A stretch of DNA of 64,000 nt, taken from NCBI GenBank assembly GCA_027491415.1, contig JAOZFH010000028.1:12465-76464 (forward strand), written 5' to 3'. This DNA is from Thermoproteota archaeon. Its GTDB lineage: Archaea; Korarchaeota; Korarchaeia; Korarchaeales; Korarchaeaceae. Of this stretch, positions 27,055-36,992 are shown piece by piece. The notes under the pieces were generated by a model that was not told the origin of the DNA, searched no databases, and saw nothing but the letters and a program-made list of their open reading frames with translations. How positions within the stretch are numbered: position 1 is the first letter of the stretch; every line of letters starts with the position of its first letter. A program made the translations under genes and the position numbers.

Positions 27055-27754
27055 TATGGCGGAGAAGCTCGTCAGGGCATTCACCGAGGCCCAGATATGG
27101 GTGCACAAGCACCTGATTCACTTCACGGCCGCCTTCCTGCTGACCGGACTGCCGCTGATCAACAGTGACTGGTTCGGCTGGATCGCGACGGCGCTGGGCT
27201 ATCCGCTGTCCAACCTCTTCGGCAACGCCTACAGCGCCTACTCCATGGGACTTCAGATAGCCAGGTGGTTCCACAGGCTCTCCGCGCTGGGACTCGCCAC
27301 GGTCATAGTGCCCTACGGCGTCCTGCAGCTCTTCAGGATAAGGGAGTGGGAGATCTGGCCTGAGTGCTGGAGCCTCAGCTGCCTGCGCAGCGGGATCGGA
27401 GAGCTTGTTGACTACTACGTCAGGAAGAAGAGGCCCAACTTCGGCAAGTACAATGTCGGCCAGAAGCTCTGGACGTGGGCGGCAGCCGTCGGCGTGATCT
27501 GGATGTACGCTACCGGGTTGGTGCTGTGGTTCAAGGACTCCTTCAGCCCGGCGACGTGGGAGCTGGCGCACACGCTCCACGACATAGGCTTCTTCCTCGC
27601 GGTCATAGGGCTGGCCGTGCACGTCTACTTGGCGACCATGATACCGGAGCACAGGCCCATGCTGGACGCGATGTTCAGGACGGGGACCCTGCCAGAGGAG
27701 TTCGTCAAGGAGCATCACCCGAAGTGGTACGAGAAGCTTAAGGCCGAGAAGTGA
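27047..27754 (+). CDS. fdnI: Formate dehydrogenase cytochrome b subunit
   Basis: TM helices with His ligands, GKYNVGQK and HHPKWY. Start may be ATG at 27056. Confidence 0.92.
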   Translation: MSDMAEKLVRAFTEAQIWVHKHLIHFTAAFLLTGLPLINSDWFGWIATALGYPLSNLFGNAYSAYSMGLQIARWFHRLSALGLATVIVPYGVLQLFRIREWEIWPECWSLSCLRSGIGELVDYYVRKKRPNFGKYNVGQKLWTWAAAVGVIWMYATGLVLWFKDSFSPATWELAHTLHDIGFFLAVIGLAVHVYLATMIPEHRPMLDAMFRTGTLPEEFVKEHHPKWYEKLKAEK

Positions 27755-27775
27755 GCGAGGCGGGCGGTTGGAACG

Positions 27776-28651
27776 TTGAGCGCAGAGAACTTCCAGGAGG
27801 AGCTGAGGCAGGCAGTAGATCTGATGTCTCTGGAGCGGCCCGAGAGCCGCTCCTCCCTCCGATTTTTGTTGGATCTGATCCTCGAGCAGTCCTCTCTGGA
27901 GGAGAGGTTCAAGGAGGCACTATCAGATCACTTCCAGAGCCTCAGGGAGGCGGCAAAGAGAGTTGCAGAGGAGAGGAAGCCCCTCCTCGAGCTCGTCGGC
28001 GTTCCAGATATACCCGAGGACCTCCTACTGGAGTCGATCAGCTCAGTCCTCAGGGTCACCCTAAGTCACCGTGAGGACCTGGCGGAGGATCTCGGGAGAA
28101 TAGAGGCTGCGCTGTTCGGAGGGAAGGGCGACAGAAACCTGGACCCAGAGGTGCTAGTCTCCTCTCTCCTGTCAGGCCGCAAGGAGGAGCTGGAGAAGCT
28201 CGCCGGTGAACTGGGTGTTGATCCTGTGCTGATCGAGGCCATCGCCCTGTGGGCTGTTCAGCCGCTCTTGAGAGCGATATCCAAGCTGGCGATAGGAGAC
28301 ATTGACCTGAAGGGGTGGTATGAGGGCAGGTGCCCGGTATGCGGGAGCCACACAAGGGTCGGTTTCCTGAGGGGCGAGGGCAAGAAGCTCCACCTACACT
28401 GCACGGTCTGCGGCGCGGAGTGGCCTTTCCAGAGGATAAAGTGCCCATTCTGTGGGAACGAGGATCAGGATAGGCTGGGGTTCTACACAGTCGGGGGAGA
28501 CAACAGGTTCAGGCTGTACTTCTGCGACGAGTGTGGGCGATATTGGAAGGTGGTGGACGAAGAGGTCGTCGGCCGGAAGATCCCGCGGGTGCTCTACGAC
28601 GCTTGGACATCTCACCTCGACCTGGCCGCCTCCGAGAGGGGGTTGAAGTGA
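27776..28651 (+). CDS. fdhE: Formate dehydrogenase accessory protein FdhE
   Basis: CPVCGS, CTVCGAEW..RIKCPFCGN and CDECGRYWK. Confidence 0.9.
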   Translation: MSAENFQEELRQAVDLMSLERPESRSSLRFLLDLILEQSSLEERFKEALSDHFQSLREAAKRVAEERKPLLELVGVPDIPEDLLLESISSVLRVTLSHREDLAEDLGRIEAALFGGKGDRNLDPEVLVSSLLSGRKEELEKLAGELGVDPVLIEAIALWAVQPLLRAISKLAIGDIDLKGWYEGRCPVCGSHTRVGFLRGEGKKLHLHCTVCGAEWPFQRIKCPFCGNEDQDRLGFYTVGGDNRFRLYFCDECGRYWKVVDEEVVGRKIPRVLYDAWTSHLDLAASERGLK

Positions 28652-28697
28652 CCTCCTCAACCGGGGCGCCTGATTAATTGGGAACGCCCCCGGGGAT

Positions 28698-29939
28698 GTG
28701 AGCGTGATCGCTCACCTGCTCGACAGGGTTGAGTCCCTCCGCGACTCTATGGTAGAGGCCTTGATTGAGATCTCCTCTATAGAGGCGATTGGACCGGAGA
28801 ACGGCGGGGAAGGGGAGCTAGAGAAGGCAAAATACATCGAGAGTATCCTCAGGGACATAGGAATCCCCGAGATAGAGAGATTCGACGCTCGGGACGACAG
28901 GGTCCCCTCTGGGATCAGGCCGAACTTGATCGCCAAGATCCCGGGAAAAGCCGACAAGACCCTCTGGATCGTGAGCCACATGGACGTGGTTCCCCCGGGA
29001 GACCTCTCCCAGTGGGACACGGATCCGTTCGAGCCGGTCGTGAGGGACGGCAAGGTCTACGGCAGGGGGACGGAGGACGATGGACAGGGGATCGTCTCCT
29101 CCCTGTTCGCCGCTAAAGCGATAATAGACGAGGGGATAGAGCCCAACCTCGCGCTAGGTCTTGCGATCGTGTCGGACGAGGAGACGGGGAACAAGTACGG
29201 GATCGAACACCTGATCTCCCAGGGCCTGTTCGGCGAGGACGACCTGGTGGTCGTACCCGACGCTGGCAACTCTGACGGGACCATGATCGAGGTGGCCGAG
29301 AAGGGGATACTCTGGCTCAGGGTGACCGTCAAGGGGAGGCAGACCCACGCGAGCACGCCGAATCGCGGGCTCAACGCCCACAGGATAGGGATGGAGCTCG
29401 CCCTTCAGCTGGACAGGGTCCTCCACGCGGTCTTCGGAGAGTTCGACCCCCTATTCGATCCGCCCTCCTCGACATTCGAGCCCACCAAGAGGGAGCCCAG
29501 CGTCGAGAGCGTTAACACGATACCGGGCAGGGACGTTTTCTACTTCGACTGCCGCGTGCTCCCGAGGTACGACTTGGGCGAGGTGATCAGGCTGGCTAAG
29601 AGCGTGGCTAAGGCCTTCGAGTCGGCCTACGGCGCTCAGATAGATGTGGAGGCGGTCGTCAGGATGGATGCGGCTCCACCAACCGATCCAGACTCCGAGG
29701 TCGTGAGGAGGTTGAGAGAGGCCATAAGGCTGGCCAGGGGCGTCGAGGCCAAGCCCATGGGGATAGGCGGGGGCACCTGCGCGGCGGCATTCTGGGCTGC
29801 GGGGCTCCAGGCTGCCGCATGGATGACCACCGACGAGACCGCCCACCATCCCAACGAGTACTGCAGGATCGACAACATGGTTGGAGACGCGAAGGTGTTC
29901 GCCATCCTGCCGATCCTAGATACCGAGCCCGGAGCCTGA
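28698..29939 (+). CDS. M20-family metallo-hydrolase (ArgE/DapE-like)
   Basis: SHMDVVPPG, YGRGTEDD, SDEE, GGGT and AHHPNE. Confidence 0.9.
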   Translation: MSVIAHLLDRVESLRDSMVEALIEISSIEAIGPENGGEGELEKAKYIESILRDIGIPEIERFDARDDRVPSGIRPNLIAKIPGKADKTLWIVSHMDVVPPGDLSQWDTDPFEPVVRDGKVYGRGTEDDGQGIVSSLFAAKAIIDEGIEPNLALGLAIVSDEETGNKYGIEHLISQGLFGEDDLVVVPDAGNSDGTMIEVAEKGILWLRVTVKGRQTHASTPNRGLNAHRIGMELALQLDRVLHAVFGEFDPLFDPPSSTFEPTKREPSVESVNTIPGRDVFYFDCRVLPRYDLGEVIRLAKSVAKAFESAYGAQIDVEAVVRMDAAPPTDPDSEVVRRLREAIRLARGVEAKPMGIGGGTCAAAFWAAGLQAAAWMTTDETAHHPNEYCRIDNMVGDAKVFAILPILDTEPGA

Positions 29940-29950
29940 GTCGAGGGGGC

Positions 29951-29975
29951 CTGCATCCACTTTAAGTGGATGCAG
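29951..29975. promoter_or_regulatory. Perfect inverted repeat centred on a TATA-like TTTAA
   Basis: CTGCATCCAC-TTTAA-GTGGATGCAG, between the M20 gene and the next gene. Confidence 0.55.
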
Positions 29976-30093
29976 CGGTATTTGGAGAGGTGAGAGCCCT
30001 CTGTCCCCTCCTGACGAGTCCCGCGAGCATGCCGAGAGGATCTCTGTCAGCCGATGGATTGCACTGGCTCTCAACGGGCCCCCGATCGCGCTT

Positions 30094-30543
30094 TTGCTGA
30101 CGGCAGCGTACGCCGCCGTCTCTCTGGGCGTGAGGGACGCGCTGATCCCCATGCTCTTCTTCTACTTCTTCCTCCAGGCGAGCGTACTATTTCTGCTGAA
30201 CAGGTACGGGGTCATGACGCTCAGGATCTCTCGTGGGATTGTCAAGGTGTCGTACGCAGGGGGAGATCTCAGAATACCGGCTGACGTCGTCGAGGCAGCC
30301 TGCGTTGTGAGGGTTAGCGCGCTTAGGGTATCTCTGCTCGCCGCGAGGCCTCTTGGCAGGACCCTAACCCTCGTTATGAGGGGCGGGCCCGCCATCAAGC
30401 TCAGACTGGTCGAGCCCATGCGAACACCGGTCGGAGAGGTTGAAGAGGTCCTGATTTCGACTGCCAGACCCGCTGACGCCCTTAATACCCTAGAAGCAAA
30501 CGGATTTCCAGTTCAACGGGCTGAGCCACTCACCGATCGCTGA
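30094..30543 (+). CDS. Hypothetical membrane protein (two TM helices plus soluble domain)
   Basis: Hydrophobic N-terminus. The frame is open further upstream, with a possible CTG start at 30001 after GAGGTGA. Confidence 0.55.
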   Translation: MLTAAYAAVSLGVRDALIPMLFFYFFLQASVLFLLNRYGVMTLRISRGIVKVSYAGGDLRIPADVVEAACVVRVSALRVSLLAARPLGRTLTLVMRGGPAIKLRLVEPMRTPVGEVEEVLISTARPADALNTLEANGFPVQRAEPLTDR

Positions 30544-30583
30544 CACGAGTGAACGGCTCGGCTTCTCACGTGGCCGGCCGGAG

Positions 30584-31348
30584 CTACTCCTCCTCGTCCC
30601 CCTCTCCCGCGATGTCCAATCCGAGCTCCCTAGTTATCTCTGCCACTATTTCATCTTCGTCCAGCTCCTCCTCTAAGAGTTGGTTGGAGTCGTAGTCCGG
30701 CTTTCTAACGTCTCTTGGGAGTTCCACCCGCCTCAGGGCGATTGCCCTCCTAATTGGGTGCATCTCCACGCTCACCAATGCCCTCGCCACGTTCTCCATC
30801 GTGGCCTCCTGGAACACTATCTTGGAACCGTCCCGTAGGATAAACAGCGTCCTAGCGTGCTTGTGCCCCTTGGGGACACCAAAGAGTACTCGCTCCACGT
30901 CCCTATTTCTAACGACGACCGAGAACGGCCTCTTGAGTTCCCTCAAGAGCTCCCTGGTCGAAGACGTCAGCCTGAGCTTGAGCGCCTGATCCAGGGGGAC
31001 CCACCTGACCTCCTTCGCGTCGCCACCGGGTTTGAGAGATCCCCCAACCTGCCTGCACAGGAAGTCCACTACGACGTAGTGGTACTTCACGTTCCTCTCG
31101 CCGTCCCTCTCTATGTAGTCGAAGGCGTAGATCGGCCTGACGGGCTCGACCTCCAGACCGGTCTCCTCCAGCATCTCCCTCACGCAGGCCTCCTTCAGGG
31201 TCTCCCCTAGCCTCACGTGCCCGCCCGGTATGGACCACAGGCCGGCTCCCGGCTCCCTCTTTCTCCTCACCAGCAGGACCTTCTCTTCCCTGAGCAGAAC
31301 TCCCCCGACGCCGACTATGGGGGTCGGGGGGTATTCTCTGAACTCCAA
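30584..31348 (-). CDS. Nudix hydrolase fused to an uncharacterised C-terminal domain
   Basis: Nudix box [25 protein letters not shown]; extra domain [20 protein letters not shown]...FQEAT...HP...[16 protein letters not shown] start at 31348 after GGAGG. Confidence 0.85.
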   Translation of the reverse strand: MEFREYPPTPIVGVGGVLLREEKVLLVRRKREPGAGLWSIPGGHVRLGETLKEACVREMLEETGLEVEPVRPIYAFDYIERDGERNVKYHYVVVDFLCRQVGGSLKPGGDAKEVRWVPLDQALKLRLTSSTRELLRELKRPFSVVVRNRDVERVLFGVPKGHKHARTLFILRDGSKIVFQEATMENVARALVSVEMHPIRRAIALRRVELPRDVRKPDYDSNQLLEEELDEDEIVAEITRELGLDIAGEGDEEE

Positions 31349-31389
31349 CCCGCCCCCTCCCGCACCCCTCTTTCGCAAAAATCTGGCGG

Positions 31390-32256
31390 CTACCCACGGC
31401 CCGATGGGAACGTCACGCGGGCTAGCAACCTCCTCGCAGCCCCTATCGCCGTGGCGTAGGTTGCGTTCTCAGGGACTACCGCGCGCCCCCCAAACAGCTC
31501 CACGGTGTGGATCACAGTCTTTGCGACCAGCTCCTCCTCGGCAAGTCTACCGACGAGCACGATGCTGTCCTCCAGCTCGGCGGCCCTGGCCGCGAGGACC
31601 GCCACCGTCCCGACGACCTGTCCGACGAGGTTAACGATCCCGGCGGCCACGTCAACAGGCCTAGTCCAGTCCCCGACCTTACCGAAGTTGGACGCCGTGG
31701 CGTCGGGTGGGAGCATTCCAACCCCCCTGCCGACTATGTCGCCTACGGTTAGGTCTACGCGGGTGAGGTCCCCCTCCCTCGCCATCTCCAGCACGCTGTC
31801 GACGCTGCTCTTTCCTAGGATGAGCCTCCCAAGTCCGGCCAGAGTGCCGCCTCCCACGGCGGTTCCGCCGAGGTGCTCGACGCGCATGCACGCTCCCTCT
31901 CCCCAGGCGCCCACGACCGCGGTTCCCGTTCCTATGCTCACTACCGCGGCCCTGTCCCTCCCGGAGAGGTAGCATCCACCCACGCCGATCGCCTCTATCT
32001 CATCGATCTTCTCGGCCCTGACCCCGAGCAGCCTGTTGGGGAGTCTGTTTGCGCCTCCGCCGGTGAGGGCAATGCTGGCCAGCTCGTCCACCCCTACACC
32101 TGACTCGAGGATCAGCTTGCCCAGCGCCCCCATTGCCGATGAGACCGAGTCCGAGGCGGAGACATCGGCGAAGCCCTTGATCTCACTCTCGGTGACCAGG
32201 ACGGCCTTGGTGGCCGTCCCACCCACGTCGAGGCCCGCTATGAGCAAGTCGTTCAC
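31390..32256 (-). CDS. Type II (Fumble-family) pantothenate kinase
   Basis: [40 protein letters not shown] and TASNFGK. GTG start at 32256, coupled to the upstream gene. Confidence 0.85.
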   Translation of the reverse strand: MNDLLIAGLDVGGTATKAVLVTESEIKGFADVSASDSVSSAMGALGKLILESGVGVDELASIALTGGGANRLPNRLLGVRAEKIDEIEAIGVGGCYLSGRDRAAVVSIGTGTAVVGAWGEGACMRVEHLGGTAVGGGTLAGLGRLILGKSSVDSVLEMAREGDLTRVDLTVGDIVGRGVGMLPPDATASNFGKVGDWTRPVDVAAGIVNLVGQVVGTVAVLAARAAELEDSIVLVGRLAEEELVAKTVIHTVELFGGRAVVPENATYATAIGAARRLLARVTFPSGRG

Positions 32257-32257
32257 C

Positions 32258-32869
32258 TCACCCCGCCGAGGTCCGTGCCAAGTCCTGCGCATCGGCCCTT
32301 GCCCTCTTCCCCACCGCCCTCCCAACCGCCCTGATCAGGGGAGGAACCACCAGGTACAGGAAGGGGGCCTCGGTGACGAAGGTCCAGGCGGCCACGCTCG
32401 CCCCCGCCGCTAGGCTGAGGGGAGTCATCTCGGAGTGGAACGGTAGGAGGAAGAACCGGCTCCAGATGGTGAGGCCCAACCCTATCCAGATGGACCCCAC
32501 CGCGAGGCCGAGGGTGTTGGCCAGCAAGAGCCTCTTCACGCTCGACTCTCTGTCGGTGAGCGCGCCTATGATGTAGAAGCCGAGGAAGTTGGCTGGCACT
32601 CCGACCGTCAGGCTGAGGAGCGCCATCCCGTGGGATGCCATGTCCGACAGGAAGATGCCTATGGCTGCCGAGGCCCCGCCCACCCAGGGCCCGAACAGGG
32701 TCGCGAGGGTCGAAGGTATCACCACGGCGGGCCAGAACCTGACCCCCATGAAGTTGAGCCCGAGGACGCCGAGCCACGTGAGGTAACCCACCCCAGCGTA
32801 TAGGGCGGCGCCTATCCCGGTTACGACGGCCTCGAAGGTGCCGAACCTCCCCCTTCCCACGCCCCCCAC
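32258..32869 (-). CDS. ECF transporter S component (QueT-like)
   Basis: About six TM helices; VRFWPAVVIP...LFGPWVGG..AAIGIFLSD. Confidence 0.8.
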   Translation of the reverse strand: MGGVGRGRFGTFEAVVTGIGAALYAGVGYLTWLGVLGLNFMGVRFWPAVVIPSTLATLFGPWVGGASAAIGIFLSDMASHGMALLSLTVGVPANFLGFYIIGALTDRESSVKRLLLANTLGLAVGSIWIGLGLTIWSRFFLLPFHSEMTPLSLAAGASVAAWTFVTEAPFLYLVVPPLIRAVGRAVGKRARADAQDLARTSAG

Positions 32870-32955
32870 CTTCCGCGCCAGGAAGCGTCAGAAATTTTAA
32901 CCTATTTAATGACGAGTATTTCTTCTATAGAGGTATATAGATTCGGGGTGGGATC

Positions 32956-33903
32956 GTGCCTGTCAGGAGGCTCCAGGAGGTGGGGGGAGGGTCCCTCTCA
33001 ATCACGCTGCCGAAGGGTTGGGCGAAGAGACAGGGGCTCGGCAAGGGGAGCCTCGTAGTCATCGAGGAGTCCCCAACGGGGGCCCTAACGGTCGTGCCGG
33101 CTGAGCCGAGGGAGGCCGTGACGACGATTTCCCACTCCCCCGGAGACGTTCGAGGGACCGTTAGGAAGCTGTTCGCCGCATATCTGGACGGGTACGACGT
33201 CATAGACGTGGTCTCAGAGGGGTTCATACCCTCTGAAGACAGGTCGGTCATCAAGAGGGCGGCCTCGGCGCTCCCCGGCCTAGAGGTCCTAGGAGAGGAG
33301 GCGTCCAAGATATCCCTCAGGTGCGTCCTGGACCCGAGCCTCCTCAACCCGAGGGAGCTGATGACCAGGCTGGGGGACTTGGTTGCCGGGATGCTCAGGG
33401 ACCTCTCCCGAGCGATGGAGTCTGGAGGCGCAGATCTGGCAGAACTCGTGGCCGAGAGGGACGACGAGGTGGACAGGCTCTACTTCCTGCTTGTCAGACT
33501 CGTTAGGAAGTCGGCCATGGATCCCTCGCTGGCCTCGAAGTCGGGCTTATCTCCGGCGGAGCTGATAGACTACAGGGTCGCCGCCCTCCTCCTCGAGTCG
33601 GCCGCCGACAGCCTGGTCCTGCTCGCGAGGTCCTATCGAGTCTTCGGCGCGCCTGAGCCCGAGCTGGCGAGGGTCTCCGGATCGGCGGCCGACCTGGTGA
33701 GGAGATGCCTCCAGGCCCTCCTCGAGAGGGACGTCTCCTCCGCTGTGGAGGCGCAGTCCTCTGCCCGGTCGTTGGAGAGAGAACTCGCCGGATATGAGGG
33801 CCCAGCCGCGAGGTCGGCCGACTACCTCGGAGACGTACTAGACCGGCTGATCGACGTGTGCGACCTCGTCTCCCCGGGCGCCGGGCACCAGACCCTGACG
33901 TGA
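32956..33903 (+). CDS. phoU: Archaeal phosphate uptake regulator (AbrB-like N-terminus plus PhoU domains)
   Basis: RRLQEVGGGSLSITLPKGWA and ERDDEVDRLYFLLVR. Confidence 0.85.
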   Translation: MPVRRLQEVGGGSLSITLPKGWAKRQGLGKGSLVVIEESPTGALTVVPAEPREAVTTISHSPGDVRGTVRKLFAAYLDGYDVIDVVSEGFIPSEDRSVIKRAASALPGLEVLGEEASKISLRCVLDPSLLNPRELMTRLGDLVAGMLRDLSRAMESGGADLAELVAERDDEVDRLYFLLVRLVRKSAMDPSLASKSGLSPAELIDYRVAALLLESAADSLVLLARSYRVFGAPEPELARVSGSAADLVRRCLQALLERDVSSAVEAQSSARSLERELAGYEGPAARSADYLGDVLDRLIDVCDLVSPGAGHQTLT

Positions 33904-33935
33904 ACCGTTCCCATGGGTCCGCGGCCGGCGAGCGC

Positions 33936-34751
33936 TCACCGACCCTCCACCAGCTTCCCGTAGAACTCCGGCCTCCTGTCCTGGAACAGGTCGTTCCTCT
34001 CGGTTATCCTCTTGTTGTCGGCCTCGCTGGGGTCCACGGTCACGACCGCGACGTGCTCCCTATCCCTCGGCCCCCTGACCAAGACCTCCATCTTTGGCGA
34101 GGTCACCTGGCTCTGACCGGTGAATCCGATGCGCTTCCCGCTGGGCCTCAGGTCCTCGCCCACGCGGTTGGCGGTGACGGTGAACACCCTGTTCTCTATG
34201 GACCTGGCGAGCATGGCGGTCTGGGCGTAGGGGAGGACCAGGTTCGCAGGGTGCGCTATGATCTGCGCCCCGCTGAGCGCCAGGACGCGGGTGGACTCGG
34301 GGAAGAACCAGTCGAAGCAGATCATGACACCAACCCTGGCGCCGGCCACCTCGAAGACCCGGAACCCCAGGTTCCCGGGGTCGAACCAGACCTTCTCCTC
34401 GTTGAATAGGTGGACCTTCCTGTAGACCCCCCTGACGTCGCCCGTCTCGTCCACGACCACAGCAGAGTTGTACGGGACGCCCGAGTCGAGTTCTGCGAAC
34501 CCGGCTATCAGGGCAGTGGAGGTCTCGGCGGCGAACCTCGCCAGGGCCTTCACGGTGGGCCCTTCGACCGGCTCGGAAAGCTTCAGGGCCTCCTCCCTCG
34601 ACTCGAACAGGTAGCCGGTGTTGAAGAGTTCCGGGAGGACTAGCAGGTCGGCCTCGACCTTCGAGGCCAGATCGAGGGCTCTCTTAACGTTCTCCTCCAC
34701 CTCGCCGAACTTGGGCCGGGTCTGAACGTATCCGATGACCAGCTCGCCCAT
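33936..34751 (-). CDS. Carbon-nitrogen hydrolase (nitrilase family)
   Basis: Catalytic triad in LPELF, YRKVHLF and MICFDW. Confidence 0.92.
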   Translation of the reverse strand: MGELVIGYVQTRPKFGEVEENVKRALDLASKVEADLLVLPELFNTGYLFESREEALKLSEPVEGPTVKALARFAAETSTALIAGFAELDSGVPYNSAVVVDETGDVRGVYRKVHLFNEEKVWFDPGNLGFRVFEVAGARVGVMICFDWFFPESTRVLALSGAQIIAHPANLVLPYAQTAMLARSIENRVFTVTANRVGEDLRPSGKRIGFTGQSQVTSPKMEVLVRGPRDREHVAVVTVDPSEADNKRITERNDLFQDRRPEFYGKLVEGR

Positions 34752-35030
34752 GAATCCACACCGCTGCGCCCCTCACCCTAGAGACCATAAACCCCACCGC
34801 TGGCGGAGCCGAGGCTCCGCCGACGCGACCCCTGCGAGGATAGTCGGCCGATCCCTCCCCCAGTGGAGGAGCTTCGACGAGAACTAGCACGGGACGGGAT
34901 GGGCATGGGGGTGAACGTCGCTGGCGCCTGCGTCGGGCCGCCTCCGCCTCGACGAAGTTTCCACCCGCGGGCGTCTTTCTTACCAAGTTCGCGGTCATAA
35001 GTAAATACCAGATCCGCCGCGCGCCGTCCG

Positions 35031-36266
35031 GTGAGGCCCGGCCTCGGAAGGGCGCTGTCAAGCGTGGGAAAGTTTGGAAGAAACGCCAAGCTCCTGCTCA
35101 CGGCCACCGCAGTTTCTGGTCTCACTCAGGGGGCCTACTTCTCGGTTTGGCAGCTCTACCTCAAGTCCGCGGGCTACGGGGGCACTTGGATAGGCACCTA
35201 CGCCCTGATCGGCACCGTCGTGGCCACCCTCCTGAAGCTCCCCGCTGGCCTCCTGGCGGACAGGTTCAGGAGGAAGTGGATCGCGGCCGTCAGCTTCGCG
35301 GCTGCGGCCCTGTCGGGCGCCGTGGTGGCGCTCTCGGTGTCCGAGGGGGCGCTAATACTCTCGGCGGCCGTCGGCGGGGTGGGGTGGTGGCTGGGGGGAC
35401 CGGCCTGGAGCGCCCTGTTTGCAGAGAGTGTCGAAGACGCGGGAATGGACCTCGGGTTCAGCGTCTCGGCCTTCGTCAGCAGCGCGGCCACCTCCGTCGG
35501 AAACCTGATGGGTTGGATTCCCGAGCTCCTCGTGCGATCCCTGGGACTGGGGTACTTCGAGGCCTACAGGTGGTTCATGTGGCTCGTGGTGGCCATAGAG
35601 GCCTCCTCTATCCTCCCGATCATCCTAGTCTCGGAGAGGTTCCGCCCACGGGCGCGGGGTTCAGGGGGCCTGATGAAGTTGGGGATGTCCTCAAAGAGGC
35701 TGATCTCGGCGGTGGTGGTCACCTATTCCCTAATAGGCTTTGGAGCGGGTCTCTCGATCCCCCTCTTGGGGTACTACTTCAGCGTGAAGTTCGGAATCGA
35801 GTCCGGCCCGATAGGGACGCTGTTCGCCGTGACAAACGTGGCCGCAGCTCCCGCCTTTCTCTTGGCCGCTGAGGTGTCGGCCAGGCTGGGCACCGTGAGG
35901 GGCGCCGCGGCGCTTCAGGCCGCTTCGATCCCCCTCTTGGCCCTGATACCCCTCGCACCGAGCTTCGCCGCGGCTTCCGCCCTCTACATCCCGAGGTCGG
36001 TCCTCATGAACATGGCCAACCCCCTGATCAGCGCCTTGGTGATGGAGCTGACCCCAGAGGCGGAGAGGGGGACTGTGGCCTCGATCTCTCAGCTCTCTTG
36101 GAACCTGCCCAACTCCGTGGCCCAGCAGATCGGCGGGTTTGTCATGGACACCCTCTCCTTGGATGCGCCGCTGTACGCTACCTCCGGCATCTACGCAATC
36201 TACGTTACCGCGTTTTACCTGATGTTCGGCGGCCTCGAGCGCGAGCGCGGGATCGGCGGCGAGTGA
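35031..36266 (+). CDS. MFS transporter
   Basis: About 12 TM helices; motif A GLLADRFRRK. Confidence 0.88.
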   Translation: MRPGLGRALSSVGKFGRNAKLLLTATAVSGLTQGAYFSVWQLYLKSAGYGGTWIGTYALIGTVVATLLKLPAGLLADRFRRKWIAAVSFAAAALSGAVVALSVSEGALILSAAVGGVGWWLGGPAWSALFAESVEDAGMDLGFSVSAFVSSAATSVGNLMGWIPELLVRSLGLGYFEAYRWFMWLVVAIEASSILPIILVSERFRPRARGSGGLMKLGMSSKRLISAVVVTYSLIGFGAGLSIPLLGYYFSVKFGIESGPIGTLFAVTNVAAAPAFLLAAEVSARLGTVRGAAALQAASIPLLALIPLAPSFAAASALYIPRSVLMNMANPLISALVMELTPEAERGTVASISQLSWNLPNSVAQQIGGFVMDTLSLDAPLYATSGIYAIYVTAFYLMFGGLERERGIGGE

Positions 36267-36545
36267 CTGGGGGTCGGCAGCTGTACCCTCAGTTTCCTCC
36301 CCAGATCGCCCGAGCGCGCGTTGTGGGGGAACCGCGTCTCCACCCAGATCTCTAGGGTTTGAACTGCCGACTATTTGAGGAATTTGAAGCGCGACTGGAG
36401 CTTTGATAGCGCACCTCGAGGAGGCCGTTGGGGGGTCAGCAGGCCAACAGACCTCATCTCCATCTCCATGGGATCAGCGGAGTAACCCTTCTTCACACCC
36501 CCTGCTGCTTGACGCCGGGTCCTAAAAGAGGAGCCCCCTTCCGGA

Positions 36546-36992
36546 CTACTGCCTGAGGCGTTCGTCTAAGAAGATCACATCCACGTCGAACGGCTCTATC
36601 TTCATCTCCTTCTCGAGTTCTCTCTCCCGCTTGGCGAACACGGCCGCCCGCCCCTTGAACGAGTTCGGCCAGAGCTATGACGTAACAGTCAGCTGGGGAG
36701 ATGGACCTCTCTCACCTGATGTCCTCCGCCCTCTCGTCCAGCGAGCCGTCTTCGACCACCTCCACAACCCCGCCCTCTCTGAGGGACTTCACCAGGTCAC
36801 CGGTGACGGCCCTCCCGCGGATCCTGCACACCACATAGAAGGTCTCTGACAGGACTACCCTGGGGACGTAGACCTCCCCGCGGGAGGACAGAACGCCTCC
36901 TCCACCAGGTCAGCCAGGTCCTCCCCCAGTAGGTACGCCAGGAGCACGCTGTCAACTGAGAGTCTCTTGGGCAGATCTCCGCAGGCGCTCAA
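36546..36992 (-). pseudogene. vapC: Decayed PIN-domain (VapC) toxin
   Basis: Hand translation across frameshifts and stops: LSVDSVLLAYLLGE, VYVPRVVLSETFYVVCR, SISPADCYVIALAEL, AVFAKRERELEKEMKIEPFDVDVIFL. Confidence 0.75.
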
